A stretch of DNA of 41,191 nt from a virus. Shown here piece by piece: positions 33,077 through 41,191 of this stretch (positions are counted from its first letter, which is position 1; every line of letters starts with the position of its first letter). The translations under genes and the position numbers were made by a program. The notes below the pieces were generated by a model, which ran no database searches, was not told the origin of the DNA, and saw nothing but the letters and a program-made list of their open reading frames with translations. Location: IMG/VR virus record IMGVR_UViG_3300045988_036390. One strand, given 5' to 3'.

Positions 33077-33308
33077 GGCTGGTTCTCCTTTCGCCACGGG
33101 AGCAAAAATCGTCAGGCGTTACCCTAATTGCAAATTGAGGGTGTACATTGCACCTGCCCGCCGAATTGGAGTAATGTTTGCAACCCTCGCATCGAATCAC
33201 AGGGGGCAGGGGTGCCGCACTGTCAGGGACTGTATCTGGCAATACAGCAGATATGACTTTGAAACCCCCGTATTCTTCGTATTCAACCATTGGTTTCCCC
33301 CTCTTCAA
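33069..33308 (-). CDS. Hypothetical protein with a CxxC motif
   Basis: 79 aa. It overlaps both neighbours by a few nt. Confidence 0.45.
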   Translation of the reverse strand: MKRGKPMVEYEEYGGFKVISAVLPDTVPDSAAPLPPVIRCEGCKHYSNSAGRCNVHPQFAIRVTPDDFCSRGERRTSHE

Positions 33309-33649
33309 AATAATTCATAATAAAACACTATCGACTTTTCATGCTCTGTGATGTTGCCATAAGCAAGGCCGACCTTGTAGATGTAATTGTCTCGGAGCTT
33401 TTGCGGAATTTCCCGGATGTATCTGCGAAACGTTTCAATGCTGTTTGCCCGCTTATAATGGTTACACATCCGGCACTCCGGCATGAGGTTCGAGATATCG
33501 TCGGTTCCGGCATCCTCTGTGTCCCATGCTCTCAGCGGTCGAAAGTGGTCAACCTGCATATCCTTGTAGGCAATCGGTCTACCGCAATAGGCACAGTGTC
33601 CGGCATATTTCCGATAGACGGCCTCGCGGGTCTTTTTACTTACTGCCAT
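33305..33649 (-). CDS. HNH endonuclease
   Basis: CAYCG...VDHFRP...NLMPECRMCNHYK. Confidence 0.8.
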   Translation of the reverse strand: MAVSKKTREAVYRKYAGHCAYCGRPIAYKDMQVDHFRPLRAWDTEDAGTDDISNLMPECRMCNHYKRANSIETFRRYIREIPQKLRDNYIYKVGLAYGNITEHEKSIVFYYELF

Positions 33650-33948
33650 GTTTGCCCTCCTTTCCTTGTTCCTCCGCCTTTTTCAAGGCGTTGAACACCA
33701 TCACGCCATTTCGGTTCGCCCCATCCATCTGTCCCCATATACTGTGAACACGAATAGCTTTCCCAATAGCTATGTACTACCGGTGCAACGTCGGCAGTCG
33801 GGAAACGCTCGATATAAGACCGGACATTTTTGAAACACGCGACATATGCGCCCGCCTCACCGTCGATTTCGCCAAACGTGGAGTTTAGAGCGTTGGTTTC
33901 AGCGTCGAGAAATTCTAATATTTTCCCGGCCTCTACGTAATCAGACAT
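33640..33948 (-). CDS. Hypothetical protein
   Basis: ORF track 33640..33963. The ATG at 33948 follows GGAGGAG. Confidence 0.5.
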   Translation of the reverse strand: MSDYVEAGKILEFLDAETNALNSTFGEIDGEAGAYVACFKNVRSYIERFPTADVAPVVHSYWESYSCSQYMGTDGWGEPKWRDGVQRLEKGGGTRKGGQTWQ

Positions 33949-34037
33949 TTTATTCTCCTCCATTCTGAACAGCCGCCGTTATTCTTCCACACGCAGCGGT
34001 CACACTTGCCGTAGCACTTCTTATGCTCCGCCATCAT
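33933..34037 (-). CDS. Possible small Cys-rich ORF (34 aa)
   Basis: Own translation: MMAEHKKCYGKCDRCVWKNNGGCSEWRRIKCQIT. AAGGAGGG lies just upstream. It overlaps both neighbours. Confidence 0.25.
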   Translation of the reverse strand: MMAEHKKCYGKCDRCVWKNNGGCSEWRRIKCLIT

Positions 34038-34446
34038 TACCCTCCTTTATTTCTTCGAGATGTACGAAAACATCCCCAATGTCCCCGTAGAACTTATGTA
34101 CTTCCAGCTCCGTGACTTGGCTATCATCGTCATAGGCAAGCCCGTTGAGCGCGTCGAGCACGATCTTAGCGATGTTGTCGCAGTCCGGCTTTATCAAGCA
34201 TGGGATTTCACCGCTTATCTTTGCGTCTTGCGTTTTCCTGCTGTCGCGCTTCGGCACGGGATATCTCGCAAGTATCGCCGCCCTGATTGCGCCGTTCAAC
34301 TTAACCGCCCCGGAACGCCGCCAACACCAACGTACAAGCTCTTCATACTGCGTTGTCTGTTCGGGGGTATATGCGTGCCCGTCTCTCCTTACTCGCGGTC
34401 TTGCCTTGCCCTGTGGCTTGCCGGGGATCGTAAAATGTGTTTCCAT
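34021..34446 (-). CDS. rusA: RusA-family Holliday junction resolvase
   Basis: GKPQGKARPR...KPDCDNIAKIVLDALNGLAYDDDSQV. Confidence 0.85.
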   Translation of the reverse strand: METHFTIPGKPQGKARPRVRRDGHAYTPEQTTQYEELVRWCWRRSGAVKLNGAIRAAILARYPVPKRDSRKTQDAKISGEIPCLIKPDCDNIAKIVLDALNGLAYDDDSQVTELEVHKFYGDIGDVFVHLEEIKEGNDGGA

Positions 34447-34454
34447 CGTTTACC

Positions 34455-34772
34455 TCACAAATAGTTTTTTCCGAACCGTCCCCGGAAATCTCCGGTGTCC
34501 CATCCGTAATGTTTCATCGCCTCGCGCTGTCCGCAGCGCTTGAGCAGCGCATCAAGGGCGGCATCGGTATGGTGTAATGTCATGTGGCAGTCGTGGCAGA
34601 GTAGCACCCATAAGCCCAGCGCTTTTGATTTCTTGCGGTATGCCCCGTGGTATATCTCATGCCGGTCAAGCTTGCCCTGCTGTGTTGCGCAGAACCAGCA
34701 GCCGTTTATATCCTGCACGATTGACGGGGCATATCCGTTTCGGTCGAGCGTCACGCCGTATTCGTTAGTCAT
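34455..34772 (-). CDS. Zinc-binding HNH-like protein (Ref/DUF968-like)
   Basis: CWFC...LDRHEIYHGAYRKKSKALGLWVLLCHDCHMTLHH. Confidence 0.4.
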   Translation of the reverse strand: MTNEYGVTLDRNGYAPSIVQDINGCWFCATQQGKLDRHEIYHGAYRKKSKALGLWVLLCHDCHMTLHHTDAALDALLKRCGQREAMKHYGWDTGDFRGRFGKNYL

Positions 34773-35656
34773 AGCAGCGATATTTGCTCATACGCCTGTG
34801 TGCCCTCACAATTACGTACAGCCTGTTTGTAATATGAGCTTTTAAGTTCTATGCCTATTGCCTTGCGCCCTTGCTGTAACGCAACAACAGCCTCAGAGCC
34901 TATACCCAAAAACGGAGTAAGCACCGTATCGCCGGGGTTAGTCCATAGATTTATTCCGCGCCGAATAACGCCAAGCTGCAATGGGCATATATGCCGTTCG
35001 TCCTTATCCTCCTTTGCGCTGCTTGCTTGGAGCGTATCTGATGGATTTATGTCCATCCAGACGGGGCTTGCGTATCTCTGCCATACGTCTACCGGAAAAC
35101 TCTCATTCGTGTGCGTCACGCGCTCCGGATTTTCTCCCGGCTTGCGCATTGTCACAAGATAGTCCGGTATGCCCTGTCTGCTCATACAGCTGTCTTTCTT
35201 TATCTGTTTATGCAGCAGGCCGAGAGCCTTAGTGCGCTGCATTGCGGTCACGGGGTCTTTCCAAATACACACTTGAGAATGAAGCACAAAACCCGCATCC
35301 TCAAACAGCCGGATCATTTCACCGCGGAAGTCCCGGATACCTATAATGCCGTCTCGCTCTTTTGAAAGCGGCAAGTCCATACAATGAAAACTCACCAGCC
35401 GTCCCGGCATAAGCACACGGTACAGTTCACTTACGATGTATTTGAACTGTTCGTAAAACTCCGTCGTCGTGCGGCAGTTGCCTAAATCTCTCTCGCTGTT
35501 CGAGTATGTATACAGGCTTGCAAACGGTGGCGAGAAAATCTCATAGTGTATGCTGCTCTCCGGTATGCCTTTCAGCACCTCGCAGCTGTCGCCGTTATAC
35601 AGCGCGTAGTTCTCGCCTATTGCTTGATCTATCACTCCGATATTTTCAATAACCAT
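34769..35656 (-). CDS. DNA methyltransferase, beta class (motif IV SPPF, then motif I FLGIGS); N4-C or N6-A
   Basis: EIFSPPFASLYTYS near the N-terminus and VLTPFLGIGSEAVVALQQGRKAIGIELK near the C-terminus. Confidence 0.8.
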   Translation of the reverse strand: MVIENIGVIDQAIGENYALYNGDSCEVLKGIPESSIHYEIFSPPFASLYTYSNSERDLGNCRTTTEFYEQFKYIVSELYRVLMPGRLVSFHCMDLPLSKERDGIIGIRDFRGEMIRLFEDAGFVLHSQVCIWKDPVTAMQRTKALGLLHKQIKKDSCMSRQGIPDYLVTMRKPGENPERVTHTNESFPVDVWQRYASPVWMDINPSDTLQASSAKEDKDERHICPLQLGVIRRGINLWTNPGDTVLTPFLGIGSEAVVALQQGRKAIGIELKSSYYKQAVRNCEGTQAYEQISLL

Positions 35657-37035
35657 TCCGGTATTTCCATCCTTTCCAAAGCGTAGTAGCTTTCGCTCAT
35701 TCTCACGGTATGCTGCAGGTCGGCAGCAAGTATATTTTTTGTGAATCGTACAAGCTCAGAAGTCATACGCTCCGCATCGCGCTGTTTGCGCTCTATGTTT
35801 TCCTTGACGCAGCCCTCTGCGTCAGAGATCACGATATACACATCAACAGGCTTTCTCTGACCGAACCGCCAACAGCGGCGAACCGCCTGATAATATGCTT
35901 CAAAACTGTCTGACAGCCCCACAAATATCATCTTGCTGCACTGCTGCCAGTTCATTCCCCATCCGGCTATTGATGGCTTTGACACAAGCACTCGGTTTTC
36001 GCCTGTTGTAAATCCGTTCATCGCTGTTTCCTTGTATTCCGCGCTCTGACTGCCACGGACTTCAACCGCACCATCTATCGCATCCGCAAGTGCGCTACTC
36101 TCGTCGTTGAGGTCGCACCAGACAAGCACCTGTTCATCCGTTTCGTTGGCTATCTCTGCCGCAGCTGCCACTCTGTCAACCAAGCTTGACCGGCGCGCTT
36201 GCCGTCGCTCCTGCAAATCCTGTGTAACTCTCGCCATCAGCATCATCTGCCCGTCGCTGTCCGTTAAGGCATCGCTTTCCGTTACGACTTCGTGTATACG
36301 AAGCTCCGGCAGATTAAAGCCTGCGCTGTCATATCCCAAGTCTGCCGGGCTTGTCAGACAGCACGCCCATCCAGCAACCCACTCAAAGAATTTGCTTTCT
36401 GCGTGACCTTTGAGCCGCCACTGTGACGTATTTCCGCCATCGTGGCAAAAGAACGTAGATAGCATTTCGGTCTGCGTCATTATGTTGCAGAACTGCGCGT
36501 GTGTGCCGAGTTCCTTGTAATCGTTCGGTGCCGGAGTAGCGGTGCAGCAGAGCTTATACGGCGTATCCTGAAACATTTCTGTTAGCAGCTGCCGCGTCTT
36601 GCTTGAGTAGTCCTTGAGTATGCTGCTCTCATCCAGCACAACGCCGCTGAATGCTTCCGCCGAGAAATGTTCGACCATCTCATAGTTTGTGATGTTCACG
36701 CCGTCAACAGCGTCTTTCTGCGTTCGGCAGACTTTGACAGGAACATCGAACTTTTCACCCTCACGTCTTGTCTGCTGTGCGACAGCAAGCGGCGCAAGTA
36801 TCAGCACGGGCTTTCCGGTATGCTCTGACACCTGTTTAGCCCATTGGAGCTGCATAGCCGTCTTGCCAAGCCCGCAATCTGCGAATATGCAAGCGCGGCC
36901 TTTTACAAGCGCCCAACGCACTATGTCATTCTGCCAGTTGAACAGCTTCGGATTGCCTGACGTTGGCTCAAATCCAGACGGCGTGACAGCTATTTTCTTA
37001 CTTTCGAGAAATTCATGGTATTCTTTCACTCCCAT
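35632..37035 (-). CDS. SNF2/DEAD-box family helicase
   Basis: ADCGLGKT (Walker A), VLDESS (DExx), and C-terminal helicase motifs (RCWRFGQ). Confidence 0.85.
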   Translation of the reverse strand: MGVKEYHEFLESKKIAVTPSGFEPTSGNPKLFNWQNDIVRWALVKGRACIFADCGLGKTAMQLQWAKQVSEHTGKPVLILAPLAVAQQTRREGEKFDVPVKVCRTQKDAVDGVNITNYEMVEHFSAEAFSGVVLDESSILKDYSSKTRQLLTEMFQDTPYKLCCTATPAPNDYKELGTHAQFCNIMTQTEMLSTFFCHDGGNTSQWRLKGHAESKFFEWVAGWACCLTSPADLGYDSAGFNLPELRIHEVVTESDALTDSDGQMMLMARVTQDLQERRQARRSSLVDRVAAAAEIANETDEQVLVWCDLNDESSALADAIDGAVEVRGSQSAEYKETAMNGFTTGENRVLVSKPSIAGWGMNWQQCSKMIFVGLSDSFEAYYQAVRRCWRFGQRKPVDVYIVISDAEGCVKENIERKQRDAERMTSELVRFTKNILAADLQHTVRMSESYYALERMEIPEWLLKISE

Positions 37036-37526
37036 GCCTCCAACAGTGACTTGATCTCTTCTTCCGGTCGTGTCTCTATGCCGAGTGCCTGTGCGTCCTG
37101 CACAAGATCATCTATCAGCATCGACATTTGCCGGGTGTCAAAGTCTGAGCTGCCGTAGTAGATATACAGATTCGTGCAGCCCTTGATTTTGCTTTCCTCC
37201 CGCTCTACGCGCCGCCCTATGTGGTTCCGTGTCCATAGCCGTTCCATGCTGTCAACGGCCTTGTCCTGTACACAGAGCACCTCGCAGATGTTCGGGATGT
37301 TCTTCAGCGCCTCGCGGTATACATTCTCCGGGCTTTCCCGAACGGCAAGCGCAATGTCGTTGATAAGCTTCCACGCATAAGCATTGGCGTTAAGACTGCG
37401 CTTTTTCTTTGCCGGGGATATCTCATACTCCCCCGGCTTAAAGCCGTACACAAAGCGTCGTGCGTCCGGTATCGAAGCGGTAAGTATGAGGTCATTGCCC
37501 ATGATCCGGGCGCTCTCAATCTTCAT
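37026..37526 (-). CDS. NinB-like protein (putative recombination mediator)
   Basis: The ATG at 37526 follows GGAGGT. KKRSLNANAYAWKLINDIA and SDFDTRQMSMLIDDLVQDAQALGIE resemble lambda NinB motifs (recalled from memory). Confidence 0.4.
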   Translation of the reverse strand: MKIESARIMGNDLILTASIPDARRFVYGFKPGEYEISPAKKKRSLNANAYAWKLINDIALAVRESPENVYREALKNIPNICEVLCVQDKAVDSMERLWTRNHIGRRVEREESKIKGCTNLYIYYGSSDFDTRQMSMLIDDLVQDAQALGIETRPEEEIKSLLEAWE

Positions 37527-38079
37527 GCGCACCTCCCAGCAACGCCGCAAAGCCAAGCTTCCCGGATATTTCGGCCAGCGTGTTTTTTACTCCGGTCGGC
37601 AGCGCCATGTACTCCCTCTCTTTTTCAGCCCTCACCGTGTATGAGCGCTGGAAGTTCGACGCTATGACGCTCTGCACTGTCTCCGCGTCCATCATCGCCC
37701 ATTCTTTCAGCTGGTTAGGGCTGCCAACGATCCTCTGAACCACCGGCGGGAGCTTGTCAAACTCGTCTTTCGCGTGATAGATTCCGCGCTGTGTAGATGC
37801 GTTCACAAGCTGCCACGCCTCTTGTGGCGTCATGTCCGCGTTGGTCGTCATGCCTATAAGTCGTTGCTTGATAGCCCCCGGCGGCGGCATAAATCTATCT
37901 GCCGACGCGGATATGTGCGCCATCACAGCGGCTTGCACAGCGCTTGCCGGGTCGTCCTCAAAGACCTTAGCCCATATCTTGACCGTGGAGCGGAGCGCAT
38001 CAGCAGATAAGTTCTTGAAGCTGTCCGGATATACCGTCTGCATAATGCCTATGATCTGCGCCGATTCTCGCTCAGTCAT
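37516..38079 (-). CDS. Replication protein, possibly a G39P-like helicase loader
   Basis: 187 aa. The N-terminus IIGIMQTVYPDSFKNLSADALRSTVKIWAKVFEDD resembles the G39P family. Confidence 0.4.
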   Translation of the reverse strand: MTERESAQIIGIMQTVYPDSFKNLSADALRSTVKIWAKVFEDDPASAVQAAVMAHISASADRFMPPPGAIKQRLIGMTTNADMTPQEAWQLVNASTQRGIYHAKDEFDKLPPVVQRIVGSPNQLKEWAMMDAETVQSVIASNFQRSYTVRAEKEREYMALPTGVKNTLAEISGKLGFAALLGGAHED

Positions 38080-38731
38080 CGAAATCCCCCCTCCGTATCA
38101 TCTCGGCTAACCTGTCAGCCGTTGCCACCGGCGCGCTATGTGTATACCCGCCGCTATAGTTGCCGCGCTTTTCCCAAGCGCGCACTGCTGCCCTCCAGTC
38201 TTTCATTGGGTTCTTGCCCACACACCAGCCCTTACAGGCGTAGAAGTCAACAAAGCGTTCCGGATCAACGTCATTTCCCCGCTCTTGGCAGTACGCTGCC
38301 ACCTCGTCAACGGTGGGGGGGACAAAGCGCGTAGCGCGTTTCCCCTTATCCCCGTTAGGGGATATGTCTTTGTCTTTGTCTTTGTCTTTGTCTTTGTCTT
38401 TGTCTATGGCTTTGTCTATGGCTTTTTTGGGTTTTTCAAAAAAGGCTTGGGTTTCTTGGGTTTCAAAATTAACCGTTGGCTTTTTCGGCCTGCCGCCTTT
38501 TTTCCCATTCTCCGACTGCCGTGCGCAGAAGTCGTTATAACTGCTCTTATCCCTATCTATCTGCCACTTCATCTGCGGAAAGACAAAGCGCTCGTTCCCA
38601 CGGAGGTCAGGGACTTCGCCCGTGCTACTATAAGTAAGCAGCGCCGTGAAAAGTCTCCCGCGCTCCGCGTCGTTGAGTGGTTCAATCGCAGTAAGGTAGC
38701 TGTGATAGGCATTAAAGCTTTCTAATGCCAT
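38072..38731 (-). CDS. Replisome-organizer-like protein with a (DK)n linker
   Basis: The C-terminus FVPPTVDEVAAYCQERGNDVDPERFVDFYACKGWCVGKNPMKDWRAAVRAWE is a common phage replication-protein module. Confidence 0.5.
   Translation of the reverse strand: MALESFNAYHSYLTAIEPLNDAERGRLFTALLTYSSTGEVPDLRGNERFVFPQMKWQIDRDKSSYNDFCARQSENGKKGGRPKKPTVNFETQETQAFFEKPKKAIDKAIDKDKDKDKDKDKDISPNGDKGKRATRFVPPTVDEVAAYCQERGNDVDPERFVDFYACKGWCVGKNPMKDWRAAVRAWEKRGNYSGGYTHSAPVATADRLAEMIRRGDFDD
38366..38425. repeat. Hexanucleotide repeat (GTCTTT)x6 followed by a 12-bp repeat (GTCTATGGCTTT)x2
   Basis: Read directly. It encodes KAIDKAIDKDKDKDKDKDKD on the minus strand. Confidence 0.9.
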
Positions 38732-38732
38732 G

Positions 38733-38942
38733 TCAGTTCTCCAATCTGTACCGTGAGTATCGCGTTGCCTCGCCGTATCTGTTCTTTCCGGTCTCTGTCT
38801 CGCCGACTATCGGATAGCCGAGCTTGCGCAAGTCGTTAATGCGGGAGGCAAGCCGCATTATTCCGTATTCGGTCATTGCCTCCTTGCTCGTTATGCTGCC
38901 GTAATCGGTCAAGTGCCGGATTATTCTTTCGTTCTGTGTCAT
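38733..38942 (-). CDS. Small winged-helix DNA-binding protein (HTH_39-like)
   Basis: GSITSKEAMTEYGIMRLASRINDLRKLGYPI...YSRYRL. Confidence 0.55.
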   Translation of the reverse strand: MTQNERIIRHLTDYGSITSKEAMTEYGIMRLASRINDLRKLGYPIVGETETGKNRYGEATRYSRYRLEN

Positions 38943-38945
38943 AGG

Positions 38946-39341
38946 TCAAAACGGGAGAGTTTCGCCGTCCGCTTCCAGCTCTTCAAACTCCGGCGGTTCG
39001 GCGTTCGCGCCGGTGCTGCGCTTGTTTTCGCCGAAATATACACTGTCGGCGATCACTTCCGCATTGCGGCGCTTGTTGCCGTTTTTGTCCTCCCAATCGC
39101 GCATCTGCAAGCGCCCAGTTGCAATGGTCATGCTGCCCTTGGTGAAATACTTGCTGACAAACTCTGCTGTCTGACGCCATACGACTACGTCTATGAAATC
39201 GGTCTGCTTCTCGCTGCCGCTGCTCTGATAGTCGCGGTCAACCGCGAGTGTGAACGTCGCCACCGGCGTTCCCTGCGGCGTGTGGCGCAGCTCAGGATCA
39301 CGTGTCATCCTGCCCATGATGGTTATTCGATTTAAGCTCAT
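38946..39341 (-). CDS. ssb: Single-stranded DNA-binding protein
   Basis: The ATG at 39341 follows AGGAGG. MSLNRITIMGRMTRDPELRHTPQGTPVATFTLAV. Acidic tail ending in LPF. Confidence 0.9.
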   Translation of the reverse strand: MSLNRITIMGRMTRDPELRHTPQGTPVATFTLAVDRDYQSSGSEKQTDFIDVVVWRQTAEFVSKYFTKGSMTIATGRLQMRDWEDKNGNKRRNAEVIADSVYFGENKRSTGANAEPPEFEELEADGETLPF

Positions 39342-39354
39342 TTCTTGCCTCCTC

Positions 39355-40053
39355 TTAGATTCTGTCACCTGCGTCGCCATGCATAGCTTCAACAGCAGCA
39401 GCGGCGAGAGCGTTATCATTTGCTATCTTCTTTTCTGCCGCTTTCATGCACGTAGCGCATAAGCAACGTCCATACTTTTTCTGGCTAAATCTTGCCATGT
39501 TGTTGACTTTCCATGCTGTGCCGTCCCTCTTCGTGACCGGCTCAACCACTGAACCGCAATCCGCACATATCACAGAAACTGGTGTGTATCGGTCGTCAGT
39601 GCTCGCTGTCTGATCGGGGTCGTCGCCGGTGCTGATCTTATAGGCTTTCATCAGCGCGTATTTATCGGCGTATGTCATTGCCTTGCCGCTGCCCTTGTCC
39701 TGACTGTCTATTCCCTCTGCAAAGGTCGTCGTTTCTATGTACTCTGCCGGATTGTCGATGTTGCAAAAGCGATAGACGGTCTTGATGCGTTCGTAGAACG
39801 TCGTTTTCTTCGTTACCTTGCCCTGATATTCGTTCTCGCTTTCGAGTATCTGAGATTCGAGAACGTGACGTTCAGCAGGATAAGAATAAACACCGTGCTT
39901 GATTTCAAGCGGCTTAACTGCGTCGATGATATCCCGCTCGGATACGGCCTTATAGCTCTTGCCGCGCCCAGTCTCCACGCTCAGATTCTTTGCGACGGTC
40001 TGTAAGTCCGCCATGATTGCAGCCATGCGCTGATATATGTTTTTCTCTGACAT
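39355..40053 (-). CDS. ERF-family single-strand annealing protein with a C-terminal zinc ribbon
   Basis: IYQRMAAIMADLQTVAKN...YKAVSERDIIDAV...GKAMTYADKYALMKAY. C-terminal CADCG...CATC. Confidence 0.75.
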   Translation of the reverse strand: MSEKNIYQRMAAIMADLQTVAKNLSVETGRGKSYKAVSERDIIDAVKPLEIKHGVYSYPAERHVLESQILESENEYQGKVTKKTTFYERIKTVYRFCNIDNPAEYIETTTFAEGIDSQDKGSGKAMTYADKYALMKAYKISTGDDPDQTASTDDRYTPVSVICADCGSVVEPVTKRDGTAWKVNNMARFSQKKYGRCLCATCMKAAEKKIANDNALAAAAVEAMHGDAGDRI

Positions 40054-40063
40054 TTCTGCCTCC

Positions 40064-40555
40064 TTATTTAATTATCACGGATGTGTTCTCCGCCAGTTTT
40101 GCGCCGGGGATTTCTGCGCCTTGAACAAGCAGAGCTTTTATCGCGACCTTGTTAGCCGCCGGGGCGGTGAATCGGAGCAAGGTGTTATTCCCTGTTTTTT
40201 CCGCCCAGTCTATAAAGTCATCTGCAAGCTCAACCGCCTGAGATTTGCGGAATGAAACCGCGCATTTTGCCGTTTGGAATTTCTGCCCTTGCAACGCATA
40301 ATCGAGATAGTCCCTAAGGCGTTCGGCCTTTTTCTCTGTTGCCTTGCGGCGCTCGGCAAGTGCTGTCTCCTCGTCCTTGAGCGCCTTTACATCTGCGGCA
40401 AGATTCTTGACGCAACACGCGATGTTCTCGATCTTTTGCTCTCGCTCCATCATCAGAGCGTCGAGCGCATCATTATCAACCAGCAGTTCTCCGGTCTCCG
40501 GATTAACAGCATTTACAAGCTGTTCTATGCTCTTGTCAATTTCGTAAAGTGTCAT
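40064..40555 (-). CDS. Siphovirus Gp157-like protein
   Basis: The ATG at 40555 overlaps the upstream stop (ATGA). MTLYEIDKSIEQLVNAVNPETGEL...ENIACCVKNLAADVKALKDEETALAERRKATEKKAERLRDYL. Confidence 0.7.
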   Translation of the reverse strand: MTLYEIDKSIEQLVNAVNPETGELLVDNDALDALMMEREQKIENIACCVKNLAADVKALKDEETALAERRKATEKKAERLRDYLDYALQGQKFQTAKCAVSFRKSQAVELADDFIDWAEKTGNNTLLRFTAPAANKVAIKALLVQGAEIPGAKLAENTSVIIK

Positions 40556-40794
40556 TTTCGCCCTCCGTTGAAACATTCGACGGCGTCCGAAAGCCTTTTG
40601 AAATACTGGCTTTTGCCGTCTATCATTACTTCGTAATCGCCATAGCTCTTATCTGCGTAGTGCTCCATCGTCCAGAAAAGCATTTTGCCCTTGTGTCTAT
40701 ACACGAGGTGCTTTTCTCTCATCCCCTCAAACCGTGCGCAGCTCAAATGTTCGGGGAGCACGGCGCAGATATCCGCAAAATCGTATAGGCTCAT
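40552..40794 (-). CDS. Hypothetical early protein
   Basis: 80-aa ORF, translationally coupled on both sides. Confidence 0.5.
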   Translation of the reverse strand: MSLYDFADICAVLPEHLSCARFEGMREKHLVYRHKGKMLFWTMEHYADKSYGDYEVMIDGKSQYFKRLSDAVECFNGGRK

Positions 40795-41191
40795 TCTTCG
40801 GGCACTTCCACGATCTCACCGTCTTTGAGCGTATACCATGTGTCCGCTTTGTACGTCTCGCCGTCAATCTCGAACGACTTAACGCAAATGCACGGACACC
40901 CCTCACCGTTCCACTCGCCATACTCGGCAAGTGTGCACCAAGTACCTACGGGCGCTTTGATTCGTCCGCGCTTGCCCACACAAGCTACCACATTATTAGC
41001 GTTTTCAACGGTGATCTGCGCGTCATCGCCGGAGCTGCCGATCTGCGCGTATCTGCCGGAGCTGCCGATCTTCGCGTCATCGCCGGAGCTGCCGATCTGC
41101 GCGCCATCGCCGGAGCTGCCGATCTTCGCGCCATCGCCGGAGCTGCCGATCTGCGCGCCATCGCCGGAGCTGCCGATCTGCGCGCCATCGC
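40791..41191 (-). CDS. C-terminal part of the junction-spanning repeat protein (nonapeptide repeats plus a small Cys-containing domain)
   Basis: The frame of ORF 40791..40991 stays open upstream to the window end: ...GDGAQIGSSGDGAKIGSSGDGAQIGSSGDDAKIGSSGRYAQIGSSGDDAQITVENANNVVACVGKRGRIKAPVGTWCTLAEYGEWNGEGCPCICVKSFEIDGETYKADTWYTLKDGEIVEVPEE. Confidence 0.6.
   Translation of the reverse strand, partial: DGAQIGSSGDGAQIGSSGDGAKIGSSGDGAQIGSSGDDAKIGSSGRYAQIGSSGDDAQITVENANNVVACVGKRGRIKAPVGTWCTLAEYGEWNGEGCPCICVKSFEIDGETYKADTWYTLKDGEIVEVPEE
41013..41191. repeat. 27-bp tandem repeat, about 6.6 copies (consensus GATCTGCGCGCCATCGCCGGAGCTGCC)
   Basis: Units start at 41013, 41040, 41067, 41094, 41121, 41148 and 41175, with a few substitutions (T/G and T/C). 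The array continues into positions 1-55, which duplicate 41137-41191. Confidence 0.9.

Noticed and set aside
40985-41188. ORF encoding MARRSAAPA repeats
   Set aside because: It is an alternative frame of the 27-bp tandem repeat. The GDGAQIGSS frame is preferred because it is continuous with both the C-terminal domain (40791..40991) and the N-terminal ORF at 1..434.
41013-41191. Possible CRISPR array
   Set aside because: The units are contiguous 27-bp tandem copies with no spacers, and they lie inside a coding frame.

Overview
The window reads as a complete temperate siphovirus-like phage genome of a Gram-positive, probably Clostridia-type host. It appears to be assembled as a circle. The first 55 nt are identical to the last 55 nt, and one ORF runs in frame across that junction. 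About 36 kb is coded on the minus strand, and the lysogeny genes are on the plus strand. Following the circle on the minus strand, the modules are as follows. (1) An early operon starts at a Cro-like gene (1890) and continues over the junction into a recombination and replication block: Gp157-like, ERF, SSB, replisome-organizer-like, SNF2 helicase, SPPF DNA methyltransferase, RusA, HNH and dUTPase. (2) A regulator block holds a sigma-70-like factor and two HTH proteins. (3) A pre-terminase block holds a ParB-DUF4417 gene interrupted by an in-frame TGA, and an ADP-ribosyltransferase-like ORF. (4) The structural genes follow: TerL, portal, minor capsid, tRNA-Gln, scaffold, major capsid, connectors, major tail, chaperones, tape measure and tail/fibre genes. 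(5) A lysis cassette holds endolysin, a TM protein and a Dp-1-like holin. (6) A five-gene cargo block (6247-8755) with strong RBSs and terminators on both sides encodes low-complexity Cys/Gly/Tyr/Gln-rich proteins of unknown function. On the plus strand are the lysogeny genes (2171-5935): HTH proteins, two of them membrane-tethered, a zinc-ribbon/TM2 protein and a tyrosine integrase. Next to them is an attP region containing a tRNA 3' fragment flanked by arm-type repeats. The best candidates for undescribed biology are the cargo block, the extra genes inside the immunity region, the ART-like plus ParB-DUF4417 block, and a promoter-then-terminator arrangement downstream of a late-regulator gene. 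All functional calls rest on motif recognition from memory. No database search was run.
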